Notes under the pieces: model-generated | What the model saw: the letters and a program-made list of their open reading frames with translations, nothing else | Databases searched by the model: none | Told to the model about the DNA's origin: nothing | IMG/VR virus record: IMGVR_UViG_3300025110_000022 | Coordinates: 1 to 49,528 of that record | Length of the DNA stretch: 49,528 nucleotides | Source: a virus | Lineage: Duplodnaviria; Caudoviricetes | Strand: one strand, 5' to 3' | Shown: positions 33,827-44,745 of the stretch, piece by piece | Numbering within the stretch: position 1 is the stretch's first letter | How the letters are laid out: each line of letters opens with the position of its first letter | Program-made: the position numbers and the translations under genes

Positions 33827-36800
33827 ATGCCTCTTAGTCGTCTGCAAAATTTCCTTAAGAGTGTCAGGGGAAATATATTATATGTAAACCCTACGGATCT
33901 TGATGCGACTGATAGTATCGAGAATCAGGGTAACTCACTGACACGCCCATTCAAGACTATTCAACGTGCTTTAGTAGAAGCTTCAAGATTTTCATATCAG
34001 ACAGGATTGTCAAACGATAGGTTTGCACAAACCACAATCCTCTTATATCCAGGAGATCATGTAATAGATAATAGACCAGGATACATCGCTAATGATGGTG
34101 GTGGTGGAACAGCAGAATATACTAGTAGAGATGGTACAACAGGACTAGCAATATCTCCATTTGACCTCACATCAAACTTTGATTTAGAATCATCAAGTAA
34201 CGTATTATACCAGTTAAACAGTATTCATGGTGGTGTTATTGTTCCACGTGGTACTTCTATTGTTGGACTTGACTTAAGAAAGACGAAACTACGTCCTAAG
34301 TATGTTCCAGACCCAGAAAATACTAATATTGAGACATCTGCTATATTCAGAGTAACTGGAGGATGTTATTTCTGGCAGTTTAGTATATTTGATGCTCCTC
34401 CAAATGGACAGGCATATAAAGATTATACTAAAAATACTTTCTTACCTAACTTTTCTCATCATAAGTTAACTTGTTTTGAGTATGCTGATGGTGTTAATAA
34501 TATTGATGTCAATGATAGTTTCTTAAACGTATCGAAGGACTTTACTGACCTTAACAACTATTACTATAAGATATCTGATGTTTATGATGATGCATCTGGT
34601 AGGCCAATTGCTCCAGATTATCCTTCTGGAAACGTTGATATTGAACCTGTTATTGATGAAACAAGGATTGTCGGACCTAAGGGTGGTTCTGTAGGTATCA
34701 GTTCTATCCGTTCTGGTGACGGTGTAACTGGTAATACTACTATTACTGTAGAGACTTCTACTGCCCTATCAGGACTTACTGTTGATATGCCATTACGTAT
34801 TGAGGGTGTTACTGCATCTGGATACGATGGACAAAGAACTGTTAAGTCTGTAGGAAGTGGTTCTACCACATTTACTTATGAAGTTGATACTATTCCATCA
34901 ACTTTATTTGAGACACCAGCAAATGCAAAAGCAGAATTACAGGTTGATACTGTAAGTTCTGCATCTCCATATATCTTTAACTGTTCACTTCTGTCTGTGT
35001 ACGGAATGAATGGTTTATATGCTAATGGTGCTAAGGCAGCTGGATTTAAGTCTATGGTTGCTGCCCAGTTCACTGGTATATCACTTCAGAAGGATCCAAA
35101 AGCATTTGTTAAGTACAATACTACTTCTGGTGTATATGATGACAGCACAACAATAGATAATATTACTGCTAATTCACTTGCAAGGTACAAACCTGATTAT
35201 AGTAACTACCATATTCGTTGTTCTAATGATGGTGTATTACAGATTGTATCCTGTTTTGCTGTTGGATTTAATGGACATTTCTTAGCAGAAAGTGGTGGTG
35301 ACCAATCTATTACCAACTCTAACTCTAACTTTGGTGCTACTGGACTTATTGCTGATGGATTTAAGGAAAATTCATTCTCTAGGGATGATGTAGGTTATAT
35401 TACACATATTATTCCTCCTAAGGAGATTACAACATCTGATGCTGCTCTAGAATTTGTATCATTAGATGTTAATAAGACTCTTAGTGTAGGTAATACATCA
35501 AGATTGTACCTTTATGACAAGACTAACTCTGCTGTTAAACCAGAAACTGTACTACAAGGTTTCCGTTTAGGTGCCAAAGTTGATGATGAATTAAAGGTTC
35601 TTATTCCTCTTTCTGGGGTATCAGAAGAGTATAGTGCTAGAATTATTATGCATAACACTGCATATTCTTCTAACGAATCAAGTTCTGTAAAGAGATTTAC
35701 TCTTGATAGGTCTGCTGTTGGTATTAATAGTATTACTAACAGTACTTTAACTTTAACTGAGGCCCATAACTTCCTTTCAGGAGAAAGTGTTAGGGTTATT
35801 TCTGAAAATGGACATTTACCTGATGGTATTGATGAGAAATTAACTTATAATGTTATTGATACTGATATTGATAGTAGTTTAAGTACTAAGCAGATTAAGT
35901 TAGCACAGAACGAAACAGACGCACTTGCTGATAACTTTGCTACTCTTAACAATAAGGGTGGTATTATCACTATTGAGTCTAGAGTTTCTGATAAACTTGC
36001 TGGTGATGTAGGACACCCTGTTCAGTTTGATAGTGGAGAGAAACAGTGGTATGTAAACGTTGGTACTGCTGCCACTCAGAATAATATCTATTCTACTGTT
36101 ATTGGATTTTCTACTGCTATAGGAACTAATACTCCTAGAAGTTATATTTCTAGAAAGTCTGATGATAGATCACAACAGGATACTCTATACCGTGCTCGTT
36201 ATGTAGTACCTGCTGGTGTATCTTCTGCACGTCCTCCAATTGATGGATACGTTGTTCAGGAAAGTTGTGGTGATATTGAAACCACAGCAAACATTCAGTT
36301 AGTCACTCTTACTAATGCTGTTCAGCAACGCAATGAGAGATTTATTGCTGATGCAAATTATAATAGTAGTACTGGTATTGCTACCATTACAACTGAGATA
36401 CCACATAACTTAGAGTCTGGTGCTCAGGTTCAGATACTTAATGTTGTAAGTACTAACAACACAACTGGTGTTGGAACATCTGGATATAACTTTAAGAGAG
36501 AAGTTACTGGAATTATCTCTGATAGGTCATTCTCTGTTGCTCTAACTGATGATCCAGGAACGTTTGATAATGATACAAGTACAAGAACTATAAGTCTTCC
36601 ATACTTCAAGAAGAAGGATTACGCAACTAATTTCTATACTTATAGATCTACTGAAATTAAGAAGCATGTTAAGGATCAACAGGATGGTGTTTATCACTTA
36701 ACGATATTAAACTCTTCTAACAGCCCTAATATAAGTCCATTCAGTAGTGAGAAGTTCTCACAGAATATTACTGACTTATATCCACAGGTTGATAGAGATA

Positions 36801-39700
36801 ATATTGATTCAGATCCTGATTTTGCAAGAAGTTTTGCTACACCTGATAATATTGGTGAAGTATTAACTAATAACCTTAAGAAATCAGTCACTAAAGAGAA
36901 CCTTATTCGTTTTGGACGTGATTCTAGTGTTGGACTTGCTATTACTGATATAGTCAGTGATATTGTAGTTGGGACATCTCATACTCTTTATACTGATAGA
37001 GACCACGGACTCTTTGGTGTTAAGTCGGTTGGACTTGGTTCTACTGGATTTGGTTATGGTAGTGGTGCTGCTGGAACTCTGTATAACGCAACTCTAACTG
37101 CTATTGGTGGTTCAATAGTTGGTAAATCTGCTACTGCTGAAGTTGATGTTGATGCTATTGGTGGTATTACATCTGTTCGTATCATTAACCCTGGTTCTGT
37201 ATTTGCTATTGGTAATACAATGGCAGTTACTGGTATTGCTACCACGACAGGATTTGTACAAGGTACAGTAGAAGTTCTTTCACTCTTTGATAATACTAAT
37301 GATTCTATTGAAGTCTTAGGTGTTACATCTAATACTTACAGTTCACGTAATACAAACTATCAAGTTACTGGATATACCATAGGTGAAAGTAAGGAGATAC
37401 AGGTATCAACTGGTTCTTCCTTAACTGGTATTGGTGCTGCAAGTACTACAGGTATTGGTGTTACAGCATGTGAACGTGCAATGATGTTCAATGCTGGACC
37501 TGGTATTGGTATCACTTATTTTGTATATGATTATCTAAGTGGTATTGCAACAGTTGGTTCTGGTAATACTGCTCATGGTGCGGCTGTTGGTAACGTTCTT
37601 AACTTCACTGGTACTGCTAATACTGCATATAGTGGAAACTTTAGGGTAACTGAGGTTGTAGGAATAACAACATTTAAGGTTAGTATTGGTGTTGGTACAG
37701 AGTCTCCAACAGAGACAGGATTTGGAACATTTATTGCTCTTAAGAAAGGTTATGCAGCAAATGATGGTGCTATCTCACTAGAAGATGAGAATTTAAGTTC
37801 CAGAATGGTTCCAATCCTTTCTGGTATTACAACTACATTGAATGCTGCAGTATCTACTAAGACTGGAACATCTGTTGAGATTACTAATTCCTTTAATAGT
37901 GGAGTTAAGCAAGGAAATTATATTCAAATTGATGAAGAGATAATGCGTGTTGCTACAGTTCCTGTTGGAGGTACTAATGCAGTCACAGTATTGAGAGGAC
38001 AACTTGGAACCAGACGTAATACTCACGTTGATGGTTCTGTTGTTAAGGTTGTATCTCCAATTGCTACAGAATTTAGAAGAAACTCTATTCTTCGTGCTTC
38101 TGGACATACATTTGAATATGTTGGATTCGGGCCTGGTAACTACTCAACTGCATTACCCGATAAGATTGATAGAGTTTTAACCTCTAAGCAAGAACTTCTT
38201 GCTCAGTCACTTAAGAAAGGTGGTGGTGTCAATGTCTATACAGGCATGAATGACAAGGGTAACTTCTATGTTGGTAATAAGAAAGTCAATTCTACTACTG
38301 GACAAGAAGAAGTTGTTGATGCACCTATTGCTACTGTAACTGGTGAGGACTTAGATATTGCTTCTGGTACTGCAGTTGGATTGGATATTATCACTCCACT
38401 AGAAGTCACTGTAAGTCGTGCATTAAAAGTTGAGGGTGGTACAGACAGTAACATCATCTCTGAGTTTGATGGTCCTGTTCTATTCAATAAGAAAGTAACT
38501 TCACTTGGTGCTGGTGGTATTGAAGCTAACTCCTTCTTTATTCAAGGTAATGCAACTGTTGCTAGAGAAGTTTCAGTTATCAATACTACTCCAACTGTAA
38601 ATGGAAACCCAGGAGATATTAAGTTCTTCAGCGATCCTTCCTCTGGTGGAAGTGTTGGTTGGGTATTCACTGTTGAGAATGGATGGAGGAAGTTTGGTGA
38701 TGTTAGTACATCTGCTACTGCAGACATTAGCATCTTCGATCAGGTTGGTATTGGAACTACCACACCAAATGCGAATGAACTACAAATAGGTTCTGGTTCA
38801 ACAGTTATTGTTTCTGCTGCTGGTTCCTTAGGTGTGGGTGTTACATCTCCAGTTTATAAGTTGGATGTCTATGGTGGTATTCAAGCGACTGGAATTATAA
38901 CTGCTGGAACATACCTATATGGTGATGGATCTAACATTACTAACTTACCTGCTGACTCTGAGTGGACTAGAACTGATGCTGGTATTAATACAGTATCAAC
39001 GAATGTAGGTTTAGGAACTACTAATCCTGGATACAGTCTTGAAATTAAGGGTGGTAAGTCTGGTAACAGTGGTGACTTGTATGTAGAAGGTGATTCACAG
39101 TTCGTTGGAGTTTCTACCTTTGCAAATATTAAAGCAACAACATTAAGTGCTACTTCATTTGATATTAAATCATCTAGTGGACAACTTGAAGTTGGAATTG
39201 GAACTGTTCTTGGTGAGTTCTACGTTGGTGCAGGTGGTACTGCCATATACCATGAGAATGGTAAGGTTGGTATTGCATCTTCTTCACCTGACAATCAGGC
39301 CACTGTTGATATTGGTGCAAGAACAAAACTGAATGACTACTATGAGAAAGTTACTACAGCAACTTCTTCAAGTGGTGTTCTTACATTAGATTTAAGTAAG
39401 AGTAGGTCATTTGATGTTACTACTTCGGAAGCGATTACAGAGTTTGTTCTTTCTAACAGACTAGATAGTGACGACCACACTACATTTACTCTGAAGATAC
39501 AGCAAGGTTCTACACCTTATGCGGTTGGTATTAATACCTTCAAGCAGACATCAGGTGGTACTGCGATTCCTATATCTTGGAGTGGTGGAGTTGTTCCTTC
39601 AGTCGTTAGTGTTGGACTTAAGACTGATATCTACAGTTTCCAAACATTTGATGGTGGTACTTCACTTTATGGCGTAGTCGTCGGACAAAACTTCTCATGA
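33827..39700 (+). CDS. Large virion structural / tail fibre protein
   Basis: MPLSRL.NFLK...RPFKTIQRAL N-terminus typical of cyanophage structural proteins; VGIGTT.P fibre repeats; C-terminal W.GG..P...TDIYSF domain. Confidence 0.85.
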   Translation: MPLSRLQNFLKSVRGNILYVNPTDLDATDSIENQGNSLTRPFKTIQRALVEASRFSYQTGLSNDRFAQTTILLYPGDHVIDNRPGYIANDGGGGTAEYTSRDGTTGLAISPFDLTSNFDLESSSNVLYQLNSIHGGVIVPRGTSIVGLDLRKTKLRPKYVPDPENTNIETSAIFRVTGGCYFWQFSIFDAPPNGQAYKDYTKNTFLPNFSHHKLTCFEYADGVNNIDVNDSFLNVSKDFTDLNNYYYKISDVYDDASGRPIAPDYPSGNVDIEPVIDETRIVGPKGGSVGISSIRSGDGVTGNTTITVETSTALSGLTVDMPLRIEGVTASGYDGQRTVKSVGSGSTTFTYEVDTIPSTLFETPANAKAELQVDTVSSASPYIFNCSLLSVYGMNGLYANGAKAAGFKSMVAAQFTGISLQKDPKAFVKYNTTSGVYDDSTTIDNITANSLARYKPDYSNYHIRCSNDGVLQIVSCFAVGFNGHFLAESGGDQSITNSNSNFGATGLIADGFKENSFSRDDVGYITHIIPPKEITTSDAALEFVSLDVNKTLSVGNTSRLYLYDKTNSAVKPETVLQGFRLGAKVDDELKVLIPLSGVSEEYSARIIMHNTAYSSNESSSVKRFTLDRSAVGINSITNSTLTLTEAHNFLSGESVRVISENGHLPDGIDEKLTYNVIDTDIDSSLSTKQIKLAQNETDALADNFATLNNKGGIITIESRVSDKLAGDVGHPVQFDSGEKQWYVNVGTAATQNNIYSTVIGFSTAIGTNTPRSYISRKSDDRSQQDTLYRARYVVPAGVSSARPPIDGYVVQESCGDIETTANIQLVTLTNAVQQRNERFIADANYNSSTGIATITTEIPHNLESGAQVQILNVVSTNNTTGVGTSGYNFKREVTGIISDRSFSVALTDDPGTFDNDTSTRTISLPYFKKKDYATNFYTYRSTEIKKHVKDQQDGVYHLTILNSSNSPNISPFSSEKFSQNITDLYPQVDRDNIDSDPDFARSFATPDNIGEVLTNNLKKSVTKENLIRFGRDSSVGLAITDIVSDIVVGTSHTLYTDRDHGLFGVKSVGLGSTGFGYGSGAAGTLYNATLTAIGGSIVGKSATAEVDVDAIGGITSVRIINPGSVFAIGNTMAVTGIATTTGFVQGTVEVLSLFDNTNDSIEVLGVTSNTYSSRNTNYQVTGYTIGESKEIQVSTGSSLTGIGAASTTGIGVTACERAMMFNAGPGIGITYFVYDYLSGIATVGSGNTAHGAAVGNVLNFTGTANTAYSGNFRVTEVVGITTFKVSIGVGTESPTETGFGTFIALKKGYAANDGAISLEDENLSSRMVPILSGITTTLNAAVSTKTGTSVEITNSFNSGVKQGNYIQIDEEIMRVATVPVGGTNAVTVLRGQLGTRRNTHVDGSVVKVVSPIATEFRRNSILRASGHTFEYVGFGPGNYSTALPDKIDRVLTSKQELLAQSLKKGGGVNVYTGMNDKGNFYVGNKKVNSTTGQEEVVDAPIATVTGEDLDIASGTAVGLDIITPLEVTVSRALKVEGGTDSNIISEFDGPVLFNKKVTSLGAGGIEANSFFIQGNATVAREVSVINTTPTVNGNPGDIKFFSDPSSGGSVGWVFTVENGWRKFGDVSTSATADISIFDQVGIGTTTPNANELQIGSGSTVIVSAAGSLGVGVTSPVYKLDVYGGIQATGIITAGTYLYGDGSNITNLPADSEWTRTDAGINTVSTNVGLGTTNPGYSLEIKGGKSGNSGDLYVEGDSQFVGVSTFANIKATTLSATSFDIKSSSGQLEVGIGTVLGEFYVGAGGTAIYHENGKVGIASSSPDNQATVDIGARTKLNDYYEKVTTATSSSGVLTLDLSKSRSFDVTTSEAITEFVLSNRLDSDDHTTFTLKIQQGSTPYAVGINTFKQTSGGTAIPISWSGGVVPSVVSVGLKTDIYSFQTFDGGTSLYGVVVGQNFS

Positions 39701-41976
39701 GTCAGAACTTTAATAGGGGATTAGAGAATGAGTATCTCATCCCCTATATCTCATTCACAACCAATCCCCAAAGTGGTAGTATTGTTGGTGGAGGAACTAC
39801 TACTCTGACTGCAGTTGCTGCAGCTTCTACGGGTATTGGGTATTTTAATTATAGATGGTATCAGGATGATGTATTGAGTGGTGGTATAACAACAGCATTG
39901 TCTGGGGTTACAACTACTAGAAGTTATACTTTAGATTATGCTGGTGATGGACTTTCTAGGGCTGTAAATTATAAAGTTAGTGCTGAATGGGTTCCTGATA
40001 ATTCTAATCTAATTGTATCTCATGGTACACCAGGTGTTGGTGCTACTGGTGTGGGTATAGGACAATCTATAAGTGGTTATTCACCTTCTGGAGAGACATT
40101 TTCTAGTGTAGGTATAGTTAGTGTTGCACCATCAATTACTGTTGGTATTGTTACTGTTGGGGTACAACCTTTAGGATTTAATACTTCTGCTTATAGTTTA
40201 GAAAGAACTCTTAGTGTTAATTCAACTATATCAAATGGAGATAATGGTAACTTAGCATTCCAGTGGAAGAATGCTGGTACTAATGTTTCAGGAGCAACTT
40301 CTAGTTCATATACATTTACTCCAGGATATGTGGGACTTAGTACATATACTTGCTTAGTTTCATATCCTACCGATGAATTAGTTTCTTCTGTAACTAGTGA
40401 TAGTATAACGGATGAGGCTACTGATTTAACACAAACGCTTAGATTAGAATATATACCTGCTGGTGCAGAGAAAGTAAGTAGTAGTGTAGATTATAAGGTT
40501 TATTCAGAAGAAGTTAACCTTGCTGATTATCCTTCTGGATTTAAGATTGATTTAAATCATGTACAAGAAGTAATTAATACTGCTGGTTCACGTAATACTT
40601 CAACATATGCATGGGATTATTATTATTATGTAAGTATGTTCTCAAAAGATGATGACATTACTGTTGATTTGGAATTAGGTGGAGCACAAGGAGCATCTGA
40701 TGGAATTTATGAAGGTGGTATTGGTGGATGGATGGTTATTCAAGGAACTATGGGAAAAGAAAAAGAATTTGTTGGAATTGCTGCTACAGGTTTACAATCA
40801 ACCAGAAGACCTGCTACTGCGGTTTATGAGACTGGAAGTGTGGTTGGTATAGTTGGAAATGGTGGTGAAGCAGGATCAAATGGAGAAGGTGGAGATGGAG
40901 GATCTGATGGTGCTGGTAGTCTTGGTGGTGGTACTGGTAGTGTAGGAGGGTATTTTTCACCCAATTCTTTAAACGCAGAGGGAGCTCCTCCTACAGTGGG
41001 AGCAAATGCTGCAAGGGGAGTAGCTTCTAGATGTCCAAAAGGAAGTAGTTGGTATCAGAACAGGTATGGTGCTTGTGAAACATTTACTAGTAAACTTAGA
41101 GATCCTGATGGAGTAGAGTATCCTGTTGCAACTGATAGTAACAATACAGAGATTACTCGTGGATTTAAGATGACTAATTTATATCTTGATAATGGAGGAG
41201 TTGCAGAAGATATACCAGCAGGAACTGGTGGATCAGGTGCTGAAGGTGGTTCTACATCATATCCAGAAACTGGTGGACCTGGTGGATCTGGATATTATGG
41301 TGGTAATTGGGAAAAGAAAGCTGGTGGTGTAGGACAGAATAACGGTAATAGTAGGTCTTGGACTTATACTGATGATTCCCTAGTAGGAAGTTTGCAACAG
41401 ACTGCAGTCACTGATGGACAGAATGGTTATATTCGTATCTATGGTAGAGGTGGAACTTCTGGAAATAGTACTCTTTTTAGTGATGATAAAGCGTATGTAG
41501 TAAGAAATGTCACACGAGATGGTACAACTACTAACGGTTTATTTCTTGATTTAAGAGAGTGGTCATCTCAGGTGGAAGTCCTAATAAGAGGGACTATTAG
41601 AAATAGTTCTTCTAATAATTATCTTAGTATATACTTAGAAACAGAGGGTGATCCTAAGTATCAATATGATATATGTGGTGATTCTGATCAATCTCATGGT
41701 GGTACAGGTACAACTGTGTTCACCATTAATGAAAATTCAGGGATTGTAGAAACTTGGGTAGCAGGTGGAGCACTTTATTTGTTCCGTTCTGGTGATCAAG
41801 AGTCAGGTACCTCTTCAATCTTTCAAGGTGGAGAAAGTCAGTGTGGTTCTGGTGTAGCATCAGGTGGAGAGTTTGATATTACTGTTCATGAACAGTTATC
41901 TACCATAGGAACGGTAAACAATAGTGGAACTAATGCTGATTTAAGAGTTAGTTTTGCAATTAAGGGTGAACGATAA
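39697..41976 (+). CDS. Ig-like plus glycine-rich putative adhesin
   Basis: FTTNPQS..YRWY and FQWK...YTC Ig-like domains; poly-Gly motifs. Confidence 0.7.
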   Translation: MSQNFNRGLENEYLIPYISFTTNPQSGSIVGGGTTTLTAVAAASTGIGYFNYRWYQDDVLSGGITTALSGVTTTRSYTLDYAGDGLSRAVNYKVSAEWVPDNSNLIVSHGTPGVGATGVGIGQSISGYSPSGETFSSVGIVSVAPSITVGIVTVGVQPLGFNTSAYSLERTLSVNSTISNGDNGNLAFQWKNAGTNVSGATSSSYTFTPGYVGLSTYTCLVSYPTDELVSSVTSDSITDEATDLTQTLRLEYIPAGAEKVSSSVDYKVYSEEVNLADYPSGFKIDLNHVQEVINTAGSRNTSTYAWDYYYYVSMFSKDDDITVDLELGGAQGASDGIYEGGIGGWMVIQGTMGKEKEFVGIAATGLQSTRRPATAVYETGSVVGIVGNGGEAGSNGEGGDGGSDGAGSLGGGTGSVGGYFSPNSLNAEGAPPTVGANAARGVASRCPKGSSWYQNRYGACETFTSKLRDPDGVEYPVATDSNNTEITRGFKMTNLYLDNGGVAEDIPAGTGGSGAEGGSTSYPETGGPGGSGYYGGNWEKKAGGVGQNNGNSRSWTYTDDSLVGSLQQTAVTDGQNGYIRIYGRGGTSGNSTLFSDDKAYVVRNVTRDGTTTNGLFLDLREWSSQVEVLIRGTIRNSSSNNYLSIYLETEGDPKYQYDICGDSDQSHGGTGTTVFTINENSGIVETWVAGGALYLFRSGDQESGTSSIFQGGESQCGSGVASGGEFDITVHEQLSTIGTVNNSGTNADLRVSFAIKGER

Positions 41977-42020
41977 ACTTGCATAAATAATAATGCAAAC
42001 AGGGGGGATAGTGAACTCCA

Positions 42021-42653
42021 ATGGCGGTTAATAGGAATTTTGTAGTAAAGAATGGCCTTACGGTCAATACCAGCCTCCTGTTTGTTGATAGCTCAACTAA
42101 TCGAATAGGTATCGGTTCTACCGTACCATCTACTATTTTAGATGTTATTGGTGGTATTGCTGCCACTGATTTAAAACTATCTGGTATCAGTACAATATCA
42201 GGTGCTATCTATGGTGATGGTGGTGTTGCTGCTATCCAAGTTGGAACTGGTATATCAATTGCAGGAATCACAACTCTCGCTGGCGGCGGTGGTATTACCA
42301 CAACCGGTGGCGATTTTTACGTTGGTGGTGATTTGTATGTTGGTGATGATGTTGAATTTGATTCGATATCAGGTAGAGAACTTTATGTCTCTGGAATTGG
42401 TACTATTAATCAGTTCCAAGCACTGACTGCCAATGTTACTGGTATATCTACATTTACAGGACAGTTAAATGCTGGTGCAATTTCCGCTTCATCTGCTACA
42501 ATACAGGAATTCAATGTTGGTACTGGTGGAACAGTTCTTTATGCTGCCCAAGATGGTACAATTCGTCTAGGTACTGCAAGTACATTAGCAACAGTGACAT
42601 TAAATGGAGGTTCAATTCCTTCAGTTGGACTCGTAATCGCTCTAGGCGGTTAA
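42021..42653 (+). CDS. Short tail fibre-like structural protein
   Basis: NFVVKNGL, RIGIGSTVP, ends GLVIALG. Confidence 0.75.
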   Translation: MAVNRNFVVKNGLTVNTSLLFVDSSTNRIGIGSTVPSTILDVIGGIAATDLKLSGISTISGAIYGDGGVAAIQVGTGISIAGITTLAGGGGITTTGGDFYVGGDLYVGDDVEFDSISGRELYVSGIGTINQFQALTANVTGISTFTGQLNAGAISASSATIQEFNVGTGGTVLYAAQDGTIRLGTASTLATVTLNGGSIPSVGLVIALGG

Positions 42654-42679
42654 TAAATAATCTCAACACGTAAAAAACA

Positions 42680-43219
42680 ATGGCAGAAGCTTTTTCAAAC
42701 TCAATTACAAGAACAGTCGGAGTTGTTACTTCCTATTCTGGTAGTACAATAGGTGCTGCTGGTACTACTATTACAGTAACGGCAAATACTGGTATTGGAG
42801 TTTCTGACATGGTGGTTAACCAGAATTTTCCTGGTGGTGCAAAAGTTAAGCAGATAGTAGGAACAACGATTTATACTGATCTTGCTTCAACGAATGAATC
42901 GTCAGCATCAAGTCAGGTTGTTAAGTTCCTTGGTGTTCAAACTTGTTATACTTCTCCTGCTGCAACCAAGAGCATCCTTATTGGTGGTACATTAACCAAT
43001 AATGAGAATGGTGCTATTAAAGTCTTTGTGGAAACTAGGGACACATCTGCTGGCGTAGATGCTAACCTTGTATATAATGCCCCTATACCAGAGGGATCAT
43101 CAATGATTATAAGTGATGCTGGTAAAACTGTACTCGAAGCAACAGATGAGCTTAGAGTTTATTGTGACACCAAAAATGGTGTAGATGTTAACTTCAGTAT
43201 CCTATCAGGTGTTAGCTAA
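42680..43219 (+). CDS. Virion structural protein (fibre adaptor-like)
   Basis: YTSPA...N...IP.GSS...K.VLE..D.L beta-sandwich pattern. Confidence 0.7.
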   Translation: MAEAFSNSITRTVGVVTSYSGSTIGAAGTTITVTANTGIGVSDMVVNQNFPGGAKVKQIVGTTIYTDLASTNESSASSQVVKFLGVQTCYTSPAATKSILIGGTLTNNENGAIKVFVETRDTSAGVDANLVYNAPIPEGSSMIISDAGKTVLEATDELRVYCDTKNGVDVNFSILSGVS

Positions 43220-44730
43220 TGGCTGGGTATATTGGTAACAGTCCATCAGATAGTTCTGTTCGGATTGCTAGACAAATTTATACTACAAGTGGAGTCACAA
43301 CTGACTTTACGTTTACGTCTGGTTATGATCCAGGATATATCGACATATATGTAAACGGTGAAAGGCAGACTGAGGGTACTAATTTCACTGCTAGTGATGG
43401 TCAAACATTTACCATTATGAATGGTGGTGTATCCACAGGTTCTACTGTAGAGTGTGCTGCATATAAAACGTTTAACGTTGCGACTGTTACTCTTGGTGAA
43501 GTAACTGACGTTGATGATTTAACTATTACTGGCCAGATTACTGCTGGTAGTGGTGATATTGGTATTGCTACTATTCATTCTAGTGGTATTGATGCTGGTG
43601 TTGGTGTTATAACTGCTGCAAGTTTTGTTGGAGCAATAAGTAAAGTAACAGTTGCTGATGAATCAAGTGATACCTCTTGTAATGTCTTATTTACAACTGC
43701 TGCTACAGGTGATCTTGCTCCTAAGAGTGGAACAAATCTTACCTTCAATTCTTCATCAGGTGCTTTAACTGCTACTTCATTTGTCGGTGATGTAACTGGT
43801 GATGTCTCAGGGTCATCTGGATCTTGTACTGGTAATGCTGCAACAGCAACAGTTGCTAATGGACTAAACCTTTCTCCGAATATAACTGTTGGTAATGTAA
43901 CATCTGTTAATGTAACTAATTCTAAGCAGACTACATCTGAGCATTTAAATATAACTGGTGTATCAACTTTTACTGGTGCTGTAACTACTGCAAATACAGT
44001 TACTGTTCAAAAATCTGGAGCTGCTGATATAAAAGTAGGTTCAACCGATGCTGGTGGTGCAAGAATATTTCTAGATGGAGATTCTAATGGTGATTTTATT
44101 GGTAGTGATTATTCAAGTATTGTACATAACACTGATGGAAATTTAGTAATCAAAGCAAATGCACCTGGAACTTCTAATTGTTACATACAAGTAGGTGGTG
44201 ATGGTGATTATGCTGCAAGGTTTACTGAAGGTGGGTCAGCAGAACTTAGATATGATAATACTAAACGTCTAGAAACCACAGCTCATGGAGCAATAACGTC
44301 TGGTATTCATACTGTTACTGTTGGTACAGACTTAGATGGATATAAGGTAGAAGAAGGAAGTGTTGATACTAATGCTTTAAATGGAGAGTTTGATTTTGAA
44401 TTAGAGAATGGACATGTCCAAACTCATACAGGAACTACTGCTGGAAATTACTTCCCTGATTTTAGGGTAAGTAGTTCTCAATCATTACACTCAGTAATGG
44501 ATGTAGGTGATGTTATTTCGGTTACATTAATGGTGGCATCTTCCAGTCATTATTGTACAACTGGTATTAAGATTGATAATAGTACAAGTGCTATAGATAT
44601 AGATTGGATAGGTGGTGTTGCACCTTCTGCTGCTAATGGTAGTGGATATGATATATACGCATTCACTATTCAAAAGACTGCTTCTACACCTGCATACCAT
44701 ATAATAGGTAATGCTCTTGGTGCTGCTTAA
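43219..44730 (+). CDS. Tail fibre protein
   Basis: GYIGN.P N-terminus, ELRYDNTKRLETT..G fibre motif, C-terminal W.GG.AP...DIY.FTI.KT domain. Confidence 0.8.
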   Translation: MAGYIGNSPSDSSVRIARQIYTTSGVTTDFTFTSGYDPGYIDIYVNGERQTEGTNFTASDGQTFTIMNGGVSTGSTVECAAYKTFNVATVTLGEVTDVDDLTITGQITAGSGDIGIATIHSSGIDAGVGVITAASFVGAISKVTVADESSDTSCNVLFTTAATGDLAPKSGTNLTFNSSSGALTATSFVGDVTGDVSGSSGSCTGNAATATVANGLNLSPNITVGNVTSVNVTNSKQTTSEHLNITGVSTFTGAVTTANTVTVQKSGAADIKVGSTDAGGARIFLDGDSNGDFIGSDYSSIVHNTDGNLVIKANAPGTSNCYIQVGGDGDYAARFTEGGSAELRYDNTKRLETTAHGAITSGIHTVTVGTDLDGYKVEEGSVDTNALNGEFDFELENGHVQTHTGTTAGNYFPDFRVSSSQSLHSVMDVGDVISVTLMVASSSHYCTTGIKIDNSTSAIDIDWIGGVAPSAANGSGYDIYAFTIQKTASTPAYHIIGNALGAA

Positions 44731-44745
44731 AAGGAGGATTAAATC